Positions 37,178-48,494 of a DNA stretch of 64,000 nt are shown here, in pieces. Origin of the DNA: a virus. Taxonomy: Duplodnaviria > Caudoviricetes. The stretch is taken from the IMG/VR virus record IMGVR_UViG_3300031998_000005, one strand, 5' to 3'. The translations under genes were made by a program, and so were the position numbers. The notes under the pieces were generated by a model. The model saw only the letters and a program-made list of their open reading frames with translations. It was not told the DNA's origin and did not search any database. Each line of letters opens with the position of its first letter. Position 1 is the first letter of the stretch.

Positions 37178-37798
37178 CTATCTCCAAAAGCCACGACCTG
37201 TATTAGTTGCCCCAAAAGTAGTTCCCGAAAAGAAATAGGGTTTCGGGATTCCCGTGTAGGCTTCATTACGCAAGTCGGTTATGTTTTCGGGGTCTTCATC
37301 CCTGTTAATCATTATAAATTCTTCCCACTCCTTACGTTCTTCTTCGCCCTTGGATTTCAAATACTCGGCATCCAAGTCAAACGGCTGTGTGGGATATTTA
37401 GCAAATGCCAAACGCTCACCTATCGCTTTCTTGCAATAGGCAACAAACAGACACTCCAATTCGTGTGGCAGACCCGCCAAGTATGCGTTGTTCGCAGTCA
37501 AGGCGATAGTCACAGTTATAGTTCCCGTTCCGTTAAATATCCTGGTCTTGGTATTCACGAACTCGGACAACTTGCCCGTCTTACCACCGATGGTAACCAC
37601 CTGGTCTAAAAGAATATCGGGAACGTAATCGCCACTTTCAATAGAGTAGTTATACGTGTTCGTGCGGGGGAACAGGCGATACTTACGATACCAATGCACC
37701 GCTTTCTTATACATACGACGAAGGACTTTTTCCGAAATCAGTTCTTCGGTGTCAAGGTCCATTTCTTCGTCAAGAACTTCTCGCAAATCAACAGCCAT
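37178..37798 (-). CDS. putative neck / head-tail adaptor (gp13-like)
   Basis: C-terminal AYCKKAIGERLA..LDAEYL.SKGEEERKEWEE pattern. Confidence 0.6.
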   Translation of the reverse strand: MAVDLREVLDEEMDLDTEELISEKVLRRMYKKAVHWYRKYRLFPRTNTYNYSIESGDYVPDILLDQVVTIGGKTGKLSEFVNTKTRIFNGTGTITVTIALTANNAYLAGLPHELECLFVAYCKKAIGERLAFAKYPTQPFDLDAEYLKSKGEEERKEWEEFIMINRDEDPENITDLRNEAYTGIPKPYFFSGTTFGATNTGRGFWR

Positions 37799-38614
37799 TT
37801 AAGACCTCCCCGCCCGTTGAACAGCCACATCACGAATATGCTTCATAGATTGTGCAAAGTAAGCCAACAAGTCCATCTGCGTGGATGACATAAATTCGGG
37901 ACCAAGCGTATCAAAAACAATGTAGTTCTTGACATAGCGTTCATCGTCCGCAGTGTTCGTCACGCCTTCCAAATACAGACGAACCTTGTAGTCTATTTCC
38001 ATTTCGGGACCGACCTTAATCACACCCGATGTCTTGGAAATATACAACAAAACAGGCGTTTCCGTAGTAGTCATATAATGCAAGTTTTCATAAACCTGTG
38101 TATCAAGTTCGTCATACACATCCACGGATTCCCAATGCGTAGAATCGTTCGGGGGCAGAACCTCGGCATTATCCACATCTTCTATGCACCTGTAATACGT
38201 GTATTCGCCCAAGTTATCTACAACCCACACCGTCGCCCCGACCCTGTAAGGGTCATTGATAGCAAACGGGGCAAACATATCATACAGGTCGGCAAGGACA
38301 GCGATGACATTATACTCCACGTCCTCCGAAGGCATATAGGTAAACTCAATGTCCAAAGCAGTAACAGGCTTGCCCGTTTCTCCCCCGTCCTTTTCATACA
38401 GGCTCGGCAAAAAACTCGTGCAGGGCATTTCATCGCCCTTGGCTTCGGAAGGAATAGCATCCCAAGTAAGTGCTGCCACTTGCGATACATCTTCCATACC
38501 GCTCGTCACATTACAAAGGACAGCCCTCAAATTGGAAAGTTTAGCACCCGTAGCGACAGCCCTAGCCAACGCAAGGTTGCCTTCGTTTGTAAGCATATCA
38601 TACTTGGTAGCCAT
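37799..38614 (-). CDS. baseplate / tail-fibre attachment protein
   Basis: MLTNEGNLALA N-terminus typical of fibre anchors; CBM5/12-like YRVGATVW..Y.C..P..HW insert. Confidence 0.55.
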   Translation of the reverse strand: MATKYDMLTNEGNLALARAVATGAKLSNLRAVLCNVTSGMEDVSQVAALTWDAIPSEAKGDEMPCTSFLPSLYEKDGGETGKPVTALDIEFTYMPSEDVEYNVIAVLADLYDMFAPFAINDPYRVGATVWVVDNLGEYTYYRCIEDVDNAEVLPPNDSTHWESVDVYDELDTQVYENLHYMTTTETPVLLYISKTSGVIKVGPEMEIDYKVRLYLEGVTNTADDERYVKNYIVFDTLGPEFMSSTQMDLLAYFAQSMKHIRDVAVQRAGRS

Positions 38615-38616
38615 AA

Positions 38617-38843
38617 CTAAAATCCTTCTAATTCAGTGTCAATTTTCTTCTTCGCTTTCCCCTGCGACAGACCGCCAACAGGGATAGTCAAAACCACCAC
38701 ATCGCTGTCATACACATCCAGGGTCAAGCCCCTATCGTCAGCCGAAATCGCTGCGGAACACCCCGCAGGCAGAATGCGGTTGGCATACTGCTTTAATTCC
38801 TGCATATCCAATTCGGACGCTTCGGTTCTCTTAAACTTTGCCA
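38617..38843 (-). CDS. hypothetical protein
   Basis: ORF between structural genes; likely start MAKFKR (start position approximate). Confidence 0.5.
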
Positions 38844-38866
38844 TATACCCTACCAATATACCTTTT

Positions 38867-41797
38867 TTAGTCTTCTTCTTCAAACGTAAATTTCAACAGG
38901 TAGTCCGAACTATCCCCATCTAACACCAACCTATCGGTAAACGGCACTACAATCATACCACGGATATATCCGATGGCATCCCAAAAATACAGGAAACGGG
39001 GAACACCCCCACCAATCTTGATGGTATCGCCATCCCACTCAAAGGTCAAGTTCTTCACTTCGGGAGAAGAAACACGGACAACCATATCCTTGAACGAAGC
39101 GACATCGCTGACCCAACAGCCCCACAACTTAACCCCATCAAGGGTTTCCCAATCCGCAAACGGGGTGGTTTCATCCATAACCCATTCCGACCCGTCATCA
39201 GTCAAGACATACTGCCACATAAGGGCTTCTGCCGACACTTTCAATGTGCTAGTAGCAAGACGGAGCGTAATGGCTGCCATACCCTTGCACAAGTAAACAT
39301 CCGAACCATAGCGGTCGGGGTCGGTCGGGTTCATTTGGGTAGCGTCCATAAACCCATCAAATCCGTGGTCGCCCGCACGAGCCTTGTAATCATCCGTGCC
39401 AGGAGATTCGGGATTTCCTATACAACCTATCGTATAGCGGGATGTCCAACACCACTTGTATCGGAGTTCTTCGCTCTCATAGTCAATACCCGTAGCAACC
39501 TTGAACACAAACGAGGCTGTCCCCTGCTTGAATTTCAAGCGGAGATATACTGCGTGGTCAAACGAGAAATAGCGGTAGCCATCCCTTTGGTCGTATTCAA
39601 CATATTCAGTCCACTCGTCATCCTGCGAATATCTATACAGAACAGACGGATAAACTTCGTTCACTACAAGATTGACGAAATCAAAATACTTTCCTGGGAA
39701 CAACTTTAAGCCGACCGAACCGCCCCAAGCGTCCTGCAAAGCGACAGGCTTGGAAACACCTATCATACGAGCGTGTCCGACGGTGGCAAGACGAATCTTC
39801 AAACGGAAATAGATATAGATAGGAATTTCGTAAGAAAGCAGGCTACCCAAAGCGACAGCCAAACTTGCAAAGGAATCGTCATCTATCCACTGAACACCAT
39901 CGCCCAAGTCAATGGTGCAGTCCGCAGCCAAGCGGTCTAACAAGTTCGCATCAGCACGATAATATCTGTTGTTCACAGACATATCATAGTCAGCAACATT
40001 CCTGTCCGAACCGATATGCGTAAACTTGTAGAACTGCTCCCACGTTTGCGTGTCCTTATTAAACCGCCACACAACATCGGGGTCTTCGCCCTCAACGGAA
40101 TACCTAATCCAAGGCGGTCCAAATTCTTCATACGCTTCGTTAGGAACACCCCTAGACGGAATGGTATTACCTTCATACCAAATCCTGTCTGCCTTGACAG
40201 ACTTTGCGATTTCCTTAACCTTGTCTATCTCGGTATAGATGTCCTTGATTTCAGTTTCAAGACCACCTTCAAACTGCGAATACACCACGGATGGATAAGC
40301 CCTACGCAAGTTTTTAAGGTCCATACCGATGGCGTTCATCGCAGCCTTAATGCCTGGGAATGTTTCCCTAGTCCTGTAAAGCAACGCCCACAGGATAACA
40401 CTATACTTTGAACCAAGAGCGTCCACGAGCGGATATGGAATATCCACCAACTTTGCATACAGACGGAACGCTTCTTCTCGGACAGGACAGGTCTTACACA
40501 CAACAGCGTTGGCTGCATTCGTATAAGGCTTGATAATCGGGTCGCTCAACAGCGTATCGTTGCTTTCGCTATACACTTCCGTCCAATGCGGATTCCTGTA
40601 ATGTCCAGGTCTGTAAGTTTCTTCAAGACCCTTTTCTTCAATAGTCGTATCGTTTCGCTGATATATCGTAAGGACGTTATCCTTAATCACCGAAACCAAG
40701 TCGCCCGCAGCATAGTCATAAAAATACTTGCGGTCGTAATAGCCCCAATAATGATGGACAGGGAACGCACGGAGCAAGTCCATCTTGAACATATAGCCAC
40801 CGACATCAAGCACAGCCCACAAGGATGTAAGGTCATACTCGCCATCGGGCAAACCCATAGGCTCAACGCTGTAATAAACACCCTGCAACCAATAAACGTG
40901 CTTTGACCCATCATCATCTTCACCAAAAGCCGTAGGTAGCACACTAGCAATAATAGTCTTGGTTTCATCATTAGGGTCGGGAATTTCCCTAGTCGGGATA
41001 TTTTCAAGAGCGTAGTAATCCGAACCGCAGTAAGATACCAAACTGCCCGCTTCATAGGTGTCCTGCTTGGAGAACAGCGGACACAGGAGATTTACTCCAA
41101 GAGTTCTCGTCAATCCGTTCACGACAACTTCCGTTCCCGCAGGCAAACGAGGACCGGTTATGAACAGGCGATTATCCACCACGATAGCACGGGCATCCCT
41201 GTATTTCATAACGGCAAACTGACTTACCGCAGCCGAAAGGTTAGCCTGTTGGAAATTGTAGATAGGAACACCCGCTTCGTAAAGGGCTTCCAAGAACTGC
41301 GGTTCAATAACCTGTCGGTTCAAGTCTGCCACAGCCCTGTTTTCCCTATTCCACGGAGTAATGATATGTCGGAGAAGCGGGGGTTCTTCAATAGACACCC
41401 AAGACCGCCAAATCGGGGTCATCTTCTCGCCACTCACAGAAAGCGTAAAATCCAAAGAATAAAGACCAGGCGTTTCGGGGTTCGGATGGTTTACCGCCAC
41501 CCTATCCGAAACGTCAATAACGTGGTCGCCATAATACACCTCAACACGGGGGTATTCAATAGTGTAATCCACGTATGCGTCCACTTTAAGAACTTCTGCG
41601 GGCAACTGCGTAAGGTGTATCGTAGGCTTAACATCCGTAGGAACAGGACCGTCAATGTAGCCACCCAAAAATTCCTGCCAATAAGTAGATAAGGCTTCGT
41701 CATCAACAGGACGAAGAATAACGCCTTCCGCAGAAGCCGACACAACAATGTAATACTGCTGATACGAAGTGTTAATAAAATCTGCCATTAGAACCAC
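38867..41797 (-). CDS. large baseplate wedge-type protein with CBM5/12-like inserts
   Basis: 976 aa; LYRTRETFPGIKAAMNAIG (gp7/gpI-like); YEAGSLVSY and YAAGDLVS inserts. Confidence 0.55.
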   Translation of the reverse strand: MVLMADFINTSYQQYYIVVSASAEGVILRPVDDEALSTYWQEFLGGYIDGPVPTDVKPTIHLTQLPAEVLKVDAYVDYTIEYPRVEVYYGDHVIDVSDRVAVNHPNPETPGLYSLDFTLSVSGEKMTPIWRSWVSIEEPPLLRHIITPWNRENRAVADLNRQVIEPQFLEALYEAGVPIYNFQQANLSAAVSQFAVMKYRDARAIVVDNRLFITGPRLPAGTEVVVNGLTRTLGVNLLCPLFSKQDTYEAGSLVSYCGSDYYALENIPTREIPDPNDETKTIIASVLPTAFGEDDDGSKHVYWLQGVYYSVEPMGLPDGEYDLTSLWAVLDVGGYMFKMDLLRAFPVHHYWGYYDRKYFYDYAAGDLVSVIKDNVLTIYQRNDTTIEEKGLEETYRPGHYRNPHWTEVYSESNDTLLSDPIIKPYTNAANAVVCKTCPVREEAFRLYAKLVDIPYPLVDALGSKYSVILWALLYRTRETFPGIKAAMNAIGMDLKNLRRAYPSVVYSQFEGGLETEIKDIYTEIDKVKEIAKSVKADRIWYEGNTIPSRGVPNEAYEEFGPPWIRYSVEGEDPDVVWRFNKDTQTWEQFYKFTHIGSDRNVADYDMSVNNRYYRADANLLDRLAADCTIDLGDGVQWIDDDSFASLAVALGSLLSYEIPIYIYFRLKIRLATVGHARMIGVSKPVALQDAWGGSVGLKLFPGKYFDFVNLVVNEVYPSVLYRYSQDDEWTEYVEYDQRDGYRYFSFDHAVYLRLKFKQGTASFVFKVATGIDYESEELRYKWCWTSRYTIGCIGNPESPGTDDYKARAGDHGFDGFMDATQMNPTDPDRYGSDVYLCKGMAAITLRLATSTLKVSAEALMWQYVLTDDGSEWVMDETTPFADWETLDGVKLWGCWVSDVASFKDMVVRVSSPEVKNLTFEWDGDTIKIGGGVPRFLYFWDAIGYIRGMIVVPFTDRLVLDGDSSDYLLKFTFEEED

Positions 41798-43152
41798 CCT
41801 ATCCTTACTCGCATATTAGCACTTGTCATCGGGAGCATATAGGCTTCCCATCTATCCTTGCTTTTTAGACTCCACGTAAACAAAAAGTCAATAGCCGAAT
41901 GTGGGGGAATCCTAATAAAATTCAAGGCTTCAACTTCACCATCATAGTTATTAGAACTGCTACTGCTTTCGCTACTATCGCCCTTAACCGAATTAGCAAC
42001 AGCCATACCGATAGATGTGGCAGCACCCACCACTACACCCAAACCAAAGGACGTGCCTTTATTGCTAGACACAGACTTATCTTCTACCTTCGGAGAAAGC
42101 CTACCGAACGACCAAGCATTACAGGCTATCACAGCAGTGTCCGTTGGATTTTGAACCGTCAAAATCATATCCCTTTCCGAAACAGACGGGGGCAATATAG
42201 TAATCTTCACGTGTCCATTTCTATAACCACTCGTTTCCTTTAACGGGTAGAGCATAGTAATACTAGGCGGGGATGTCAAAGGTAGCGGAGCAGAACGGTC
42301 CTCCCCAAATTGGGTAAACTCCGTTCGGACATACTCGGAATTATACTTAATACCCCCAAAAGAAAGTCCAACCGACAATATAGGAATGGCTACGTTTATA
42401 CCCGCCCCGTCCCGTTGCAATCTATACCAATCCTGGTCGGTCTGTGCATCACCAAATCTAAACTGACCCGTCACACGATACACAGGACGGATTACGTGGT
42501 TCATACCAATCTGCGTCCATTGGGATAAATCATAGCCCACACGATACTGCGAAATAACTTGCACAGGCATAGACACTCGCAGATTGGACAGGTTAAGCGT
42601 AGGATAAGCGGAGTCATCATTAAACCGCTTAATATAGCCATCATCACATTCATACCTGTCTATGGTTGCCGTGTCGCTTACATTACAATACGACGTGGTT
42701 AAATTACCCGAAACCTCTATCCTGGAAATTTCTGCGTCATACGGGAGCGATACATCGTTAGCGACCAACTCCTTAATAATACCGCCAACAATCTGCATAT
42801 CCTCTTCTTCACTGCCGATTTCCCGCATAGGGGCTTTAAGCGGTGCAGACTGAATGAGCAGTTTCATCGTGTCCCGATAATACTTTCCGTTCTGCACAGA
42901 AACAGACGTAGGTTCGGGTATAAGTTCTGCAACCCCGCCAATAAGCAACTGCATATAGGTGGAATCACAAATACTCCGTATAAGTTCAAAAGTCGGAACG
43001 ATGTCCACGGAACCATCAGCCCACTTAATCTCCACTATACCCTTATCTTCGTGACCATCTGCGGGCATTACGTCATACAAGGCTTGTAGAAAAGCCTTGA
43101 CATCAAACTGCAATTCACGAAAAGTGCGGGTAGCGGTATGGGCGTTAAGCAT
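41788..43152 (-). CDS. baseplate/tail structural protein
   Basis: 454 aa in the baseplate operon. Confidence 0.5.
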   Translation of the reverse strand: MLNAHTATRTFRELQFDVKAFLQALYDVMPADGHEDKGIVEIKWADGSVDIVPTFELIRSICDSTYMQLLIGGVAELIPEPTSVSVQNGKYYRDTMKLLIQSAPLKAPMREIGSEEEDMQIVGGIIKELVANDVSLPYDAEISRIEVSGNLTTSYCNVSDTATIDRYECDDGYIKRFNDDSAYPTLNLSNLRVSMPVQVISQYRVGYDLSQWTQIGMNHVIRPVYRVTGQFRFGDAQTDQDWYRLQRDGAGINVAIPILSVGLSFGGIKYNSEYVRTEFTQFGEDRSAPLPLTSPPSITMLYPLKETSGYRNGHVKITILPPSVSERDMILTVQNPTDTAVIACNAWSFGRLSPKVEDKSVSSNKGTSFGLGVVVGAATSIGMAVANSVKGDSSESSSSSNNYDGEVEALNFIRIPPHSAIDFLFTWSLKSKDRWEAYMLPMTSANMRVRIGWF

Positions 43153-44390
43153 TATGCCATCTCCAAAGCGTAGACAACTTCCCTAGCAGTAGAACCACTG
43201 CCAGGTTTGTTAAGGCAATTCACGATATAACGAACACAGGAATAAGGCGGGATAGTCACCATATCCCCAAACTCAACAGATAGCGGAACGTCCGAATTAA
43301 CCATACACGTGACTTTCATAGTCCTATAAATCTTCCATTCCTTGTCAAGCGTTTGGTAATAGACTTCCTTGCCTATATCCGTTTGGGCAAAGTTGGTAAG
43401 ATACCACATACCATTACCACTACCGCCATTACTATAAGCACCCGTAGGAAACGCCAACAACGCTGCGAACTGACATTCATCCCTATTGACAATGTTAGTA
43501 ACGGGATAGAAAGCAGTAGAGTTCGGAAGGTTCACGAACACCGCCAAGTTAGCCGGTGCAGACATAGTAGAATAACGAATCCACGCAAACCGATACTTGA
43601 AATCGTCATACTCATTATTACCGCATAACTTAATCATATCGGGAACAGCCGTAGCATTCTGTATCGGAGCATCCGAAGAAAGCAACGGGAATCCTGCATC
43701 AGCAGGGGTCAAGGCGTTGCCACCCTCGTTTATCTTCCATTCCCAATAAGACGCACTGCCTTCCACACCAACAAGGTTCGCAGCATTGTTTATAGCAGAA
43801 TTATTCCGATAGAATATATTACGGACATTCTTCGGACGGAACTGCCTAGCACCCAAGAGCGTCAAACCTTCGCAAGTCAAAGAACTATTCACGTTCAAAT
43901 TCTCCACACGAAGGTTCTTTGATTTAAGGGATGTCGCTGTGAGCCTTTCAAAGTTCATAGACCCGAAACTGACATTACCGCCCGATACGGACACTTTACC
44001 CTTGATAGATTGAATATACGCACTATCCACGTTCACGTGCTTGGCGATACAATTCTCAATAATGGATGCGACAAGTTTGCTACAAGACACGGACGTAGCA
44101 TACCCATTACCATCGGTCACGCACAGATAGCCGTTAGCGTCCACCGACAACTTTACCTGTTTACCGCCCGTGGTCTGCCCACCCAACAAAATCTCGTCAA
44201 ACTTGCCATTCTTGTAGTTGCTGACAAGTTCAAGGATAGTATTCACAGTAATGGTGTATTTGCCCATAGTGAACGTGACAGGCTCTTTTCCACTGAACAA
44301 AGCCTTCAGTTTCAAAATGAGTTCAACAAAGTCATCATTAGCCGACTTCATCACTTCAAGGGCGGTAGAACTATCTGCAATACTAGACAT
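43152..44390 (-). CDS. tail spike/fibre-like protein
   Basis: Beta-helix-like Asn/Ser/Val repeats; context. Confidence 0.5.
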   Translation of the reverse strand: MSSIADSSTALEVMKSANDDFVELILKLKALFSGKEPVTFTMGKYTITVNTILELVSNYKNGKFDEILLGGQTTGGKQVKLSVDANGYLCVTDGNGYATSVSCSKLVASIIENCIAKHVNVDSAYIQSIKGKVSVSGGNVSFGSMNFERLTATSLKSKNLRVENLNVNSSLTCEGLTLLGARQFRPKNVRNIFYRNNSAINNAANLVGVEGSASYWEWKINEGGNALTPADAGFPLLSSDAPIQNATAVPDMIKLCGNNEYDDFKYRFAWIRYSTMSAPANLAVFVNLPNSTAFYPVTNIVNRDECQFAALLAFPTGAYSNGGSGNGMWYLTNFAQTDIGKEVYYQTLDKEWKIYRTMKVTCMVNSDVPLSVEFGDMVTIPPYSCVRYIVNCLNKPGSGSTAREVVYALEMA

Positions 44391-44411
44391 CAGTAATGCT
44401 CCTTATGCGTG

Positions 44412-45194
44412 TTAATCGGTAATCTCTTGGTCAAGAACTCGTAAAATAGGAACGGAGTTTTGACCAGGTGCAGCCCATACCAAGAACGTAGCCATCTTGC
44501 CAAGTTCAATAGAAACCGTCGTCACCTGTTGGTCATCATCACTATGGTGGATATGCAACGTAACCGCCCCATAGGACACAGACCCATCATAACTTGTGTT
44601 CGCCCCAATAAACGTAACGAGTGTGCAATACTGCCTGTTAGACGCATACAGGGTTTCATTCACAGCGGGTGCTTTGATATACAGGTTGTATTCCGAAATA
44701 TGTTCATCAGTAGCCGAAGCAGGGTAGCCCAACCAAATAAACCTTGCAAGTTCAAACAGGCTCACACGGATTTCGGGCTTTTGGGCTACACGGCAGGAAT
44801 AATAAGTATTGTTCAAATTACGAACAATGCCCAAATTACTCTCATACTTTTCATAGGGGTCTGTAAAACTACCGCCATCGCCCGAAATCCACGTTTTAGC
44901 CGTCTGCTGTGTCGTAGAAATATGACCTGTTCCGGGGCCATATTTAGTCTTTAACTTTATTGAAAAAACTTCGGGGTAGTCCAACGACAACCCTTTAACA
45001 AGGTCTTCACGTATCTTCGCAAGGTTATCTACCTCGTGGACGTGATTAGACAACACTATCTTCACGGTCCGTGGAGTAGTCGTATCACAAATCAAATCCC
45101 ATTTGGTAACGATTTCGGCAATATCGCTCTGTGCTTCCGCAAGCATTTTCAATGCGGAAGCGAAATCTACGAGTGCAGCAGGCATTTGTTCCAT
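44412..45194 (-). CDS. baseplate/tail structural protein
   Basis: 260 aa; context. Confidence 0.45.
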   Translation of the reverse strand: MEQMPAALVDFASALKMLAEAQSDIAEIVTKWDLICDTTTPRTVKIVLSNHVHEVDNLAKIREDLVKGLSLDYPEVFSIKLKTKYGPGTGHISTTQQTAKTWISGDGGSFTDPYEKYESNLGIVRNLNNTYYSCRVAQKPEIRVSLFELARFIWLGYPASATDEHISEYNLYIKAPAVNETLYASNRQYCTLVTFIGANTSYDGSVSYGAVTLHIHHSDDDQQVTTVSIELGKMATFLVWAAPGQNSVPILRVLDQEITD

Positions 45195-45197
45195 AGG

Positions 45198-47198
45198 TTA
45201 TTTCCTCGCTCCAAGAATTTCAGTAAGGTCCACAGACAGCATACTAGGTGGAACATAAGTCGCAGACGGCAACGGCAACTCTACTTCCATCTTTGAGTTA
45301 TCCACCGCCACCAACCGCAACATCACATACACGGAGGACAGGTTGAACTTTTCCGTCAGCAACGAGTTCAACGTATCGGCTCGCAACACCTTACCAACGT
45401 GATAGCAAATATAATCTTCAATCGTTGCACGAACTTGCTGTTGCATAGTATAGGGGGCGGTATATTTGATTTCAACCTCAACCCCGACTTGCCCAAGCGG
45501 TTCAACCACCACGGACGTGAACCCAAGTTTACCCGATATGTTGAAATACCCCTTAATCTCGGATTCAAAGATAGACTGCGTAAGTTGCTCGTAATCATCA
45601 AACCGATAACTGACGTTATAGGCTACACCCGTAGACTCGTCATCTTCAAGTTCAAGGGCTTCTTCACGGGTAACCCAAAAGCGGTCTTCGCTATACAACG
45701 AAATATCTTCTTCACTACCAGGTTCAACAGTCTGCCCACCATCACGCAAAGCAAGCCAAAGTTGCTTCGTCTTGGAATGATACACGACATCGCCTTGATA
45801 GTAAACCCCGTGTTCATCCCAATATCTGCGGTTCTTCAAGACAAGCCCCGACAGCACGATAGTCGCATTGTCATACACACAAGCAGACGGATAATAGCGA
45901 TTGTAAATCTGCGACAGGGAGTTCCCGTTAGCCAAAGACATATAGAACACCCAACCTCGTTTGGACGAAGGCAAGCCCCTATGGTTCGGGTCGGAACAGA
46001 TATACACGTTCCCCATATGGACAACCATTTCCCCAGGATTGTATCGCTTATACTGATTAAACTTGTAGCGTTCAAAGAAAATCTTGGCTTCGGTCTTTCG
46101 TCCGTTCTTGGCATCCACGTAGCCTTGGTTCAAAAGCGACATAGTTTTCCAAGTAGCCCAATTATACTCCCTACGAGCAAAACAGGACTTAACGAACGGA
46201 ACTTTACTGACCTCGGTAACAAGGTCACGTTCGTCCGTAATCTTACTAGCAGCAAAAAATTCAGCAACCGCACGGGAACGCAACGTAGTAGCAGAATCCC
46301 CCGTATTCATCGGAGAAAGCATAGGGGTGCTTTCGCCATTCAAAACCACTTCCGTAATATCACGATTGAACTTGATAGACGAATGGTCCACGGGTGCAAG
46401 ACTTTCGCACTTAACATAGGACACGATGACCCGCTTAATCGGGGCTTTACCCTTGCTGTTATAACCCTTACCGAAGATTTCGCCATCCCCAAGGGTCAAG
46501 GTCATACCACGAGGAGTATGCTGTAACAACGCCGCCTTGGAGTTATCGGGCATACCCAAAAGTTCATCAAGCGACCAAGCCAAGTCCAACCAAATGGGGG
46601 CTTCGTCATTGTCCATTTCCAACTTGATTTCAACGGATTCCGACCATATAGACTTATAAGTTTCCCCGATATAGACAGGGGCAAAAATACCTGGGGTATA
46701 TCCGTCAAATCCCGAATCTATGGTCTGTTGGACATAATCGCCTGCACAAAACAAGGCTTCGTATTCCGTTCCCTTTTCGGAACCCTCAACGTGTCCTGTT
46801 TCGTTAATCTTGAATACAATAAGGTTAGTCTTCGTGCCATCTTTAAGAGCGATAGTTCCCAAAGAACTCCAACGAGTATAAGTCCGCTCCGACCAAAAAC
46901 GGAACGGAGTAGCATAGTTAATCTTCGGGGGAGTAATAGACTCAATGCTGTTAAGCAAGACACCTTCCGCAAGTTTGAGCAGATATGCGTCATTACTATA
47001 CAGGACATCCATATTCAACAAATGGGACGCAGCACGGGCGGTCACAGCGTCAAGCCCATAAACGAGCATTTGCAGGAAAGAGCGGGTCTGCTGTCCAAAT
47101 ACTGCGGAGTCCTTGTTGAGCGTGGCTGCGGAACGCCCCAACCTTTCCTGTATAGAAAGGTTAGCCAGGGCAAAATGGTCAAAGAACTGCTGTGCCAT
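45198..47198 (-). CDS. baseplate wedge protein (gp6/gpJ-like)
   Basis: LTLGDGEIFGK, TLRSRAVAEF..KITDERDL; next to the gp25-like gene. Confidence 0.7.
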   Translation of the reverse strand: MAQQFFDHFALANLSIQERLGRSAATLNKDSAVFGQQTRSFLQMLVYGLDAVTARAASHLLNMDVLYSNDAYLLKLAEGVLLNSIESITPPKINYATPFRFWSERTYTRWSSLGTIALKDGTKTNLIVFKINETGHVEGSEKGTEYEALFCAGDYVQQTIDSGFDGYTPGIFAPVYIGETYKSIWSESVEIKLEMDNDEAPIWLDLAWSLDELLGMPDNSKAALLQHTPRGMTLTLGDGEIFGKGYNSKGKAPIKRVIVSYVKCESLAPVDHSSIKFNRDITEVVLNGESTPMLSPMNTGDSATTLRSRAVAEFFAASKITDERDLVTEVSKVPFVKSCFARREYNWATWKTMSLLNQGYVDAKNGRKTEAKIFFERYKFNQYKRYNPGEMVVHMGNVYICSDPNHRGLPSSKRGWVFYMSLANGNSLSQIYNRYYPSACVYDNATIVLSGLVLKNRRYWDEHGVYYQGDVVYHSKTKQLWLALRDGGQTVEPGSEEDISLYSEDRFWVTREEALELEDDESTGVAYNVSYRFDDYEQLTQSIFESEIKGYFNISGKLGFTSVVVEPLGQVGVEVEIKYTAPYTMQQQVRATIEDYICYHVGKVLRADTLNSLLTEKFNLSSVYVMLRLVAVDNSKMEVELPLPSATYVPPSMLSVDLTEILGARK

Positions 47199-47208
47199 CG
47201 TTCATACC

Positions 47209-47550
47209 TCAAACTATCGCATTTACGTCAAATGTTTCAGTTCCAAAAGTCAGTTGCAAGTCCACTGTAAAATGGTCATCCCCTTGGGGAGAAATAACGT
47301 CTATCCCCAAGATTTCGTCCTCACGAACCACCTGTGAACGGATTAAAATTTCGTGGATTTTCCGCTTGACGGACGCAATACCTTGAAAATCCGTATAATC
47401 GCCAATAGCATCCCCAAGACTAGGAATCGGGGGGTCAGTATAGCCCAAATCCCCAAAAGCCAAGATAACGCACTTACAAGCCTGCAAGCGTTCTTTGCTA
47501 CCGACTATTAAAAGTTCGTTTGTTCCGTCATAATCGTGGTTAAAATCCAT
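47209..47550 (-). CDS. baseplate wedge gp25-like protein
   Basis: 113 aa upstream of the gp6-like gene; PSLG motif. Confidence 0.55.
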   Translation of the reverse strand: MDFNHDYDGTNELLIVGSKERLQACKCVILAFGDLGYTDPPIPSLGDAIGDYTDFQGIASVKRKIHEILIRSQVVREDEILGIDVISPQGDDHFTVDLQLTFGTETFDVNAIV

Positions 47551-47579
47551 ACCTTAAATATATATATTTTAAGGCAGGA

Positions 47580-48479
47580 TTAAACCTCAAAGGAACTCTT
47601 ATTCGGGTATTTGCCTGCCAAATAGTCCTTTGTAAGCCTTACGTGCTTGCCATCTGTGTCATTAAAGCACACAACCTGGCGGGTATCGGCTTCTGCGAAC
47701 ATCTGCTTGGAGAACGTAGGCATTTCAAAATAACCCTTATGGGGGAACTTGTCGCTGTGGACAGACATCCCCGCCACATTTTGAGCCATCATCAACATCA
47801 TATGGTTATAGTCGTGGTCTCTACGCCACTTGCCCAAACCCTTGGAAATTCTATCCCACTCGTCATTCAAGAACGCCTTACAGAACTCGGCATTGTAAAC
47901 CTGGAACAAGTGATGCCAATGATAATAGGGCAATGGCTTGGCATAGTGGTCCATAACCAACTTATGCCCGTTCGTCAAGGTTTTACGGAACTGATTGAAC
48001 ACGCCATAAGCATCACGGCTCTCAAAGAAAGCCAAAGGTTTCCCGTCCTGCTCAAAGCAAGAATCATCCACAGGGGCATTGACATACATATCGTCATTTG
48101 ACAAAATGAAATTGCCCTTCAAGTCCAATTCCTTAATGGCACAAAGTTCAATAGTGCTACTATTGAAACAGGGTCTATGCTTATCGGGAATAAACTCGTT
48201 ATGGTAATGGGCTACAATGCGAGGGTCATCTTTACGCAAGAATGACGGGAACTGCGACGGTTGCATTAAGAGCAGATGAACCTTGGTCAAAGACTTGTAG
48301 TTCTGCTCCAACGCCCGCCACCAATACTTGAAAAGCCCGTGGCTAGAATACCTACGACGAAATGGCACGAAGAAAATCTGTCGTGCCTTTTCATTCTTGG
48401 GGTGTAAGTTCTTCGCTTTTAGAAAAACATCAAGCCAAGCATCGTCATCGGATTCCACAAAGGGAATGACTATATCCAA
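47580..48479 (-). CDS. Stealth-family sugar-phosphotransferase
   Basis: DIVIPFVESDDDAW (CR1), HNEFIP..PCFNSSTIE..FILSNDDMY (CR2), VCFND (CR4). Confidence 0.85.
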   Translation of the reverse strand: MDIVIPFVESDDDAWLDVFLKAKNLHPKNEKARQIFFVPFRRRYSSHGLFKYWWRALEQNYKSLTKVHLLLMQPSQFPSFLRKDDPRIVAHYHNEFIPDKHRPCFNSSTIELCAIKELDLKGNFILSNDDMYVNAPVDDSCFEQDGKPLAFFESRDAYGVFNQFRKTLTNGHKLVMDHYAKPLPYYHWHHLFQVYNAEFCKAFLNDEWDRISKGLGKWRRDHDYNHMMLMMAQNVAGMSVHSDKFPHKGYFEMPTFSKQMFAEADTRQVVCFNDTDGKHVRLTKDYLAGKYPNKSSFEV

Positions 48480-48494
48480 AAGGGTGTTGCTCCT

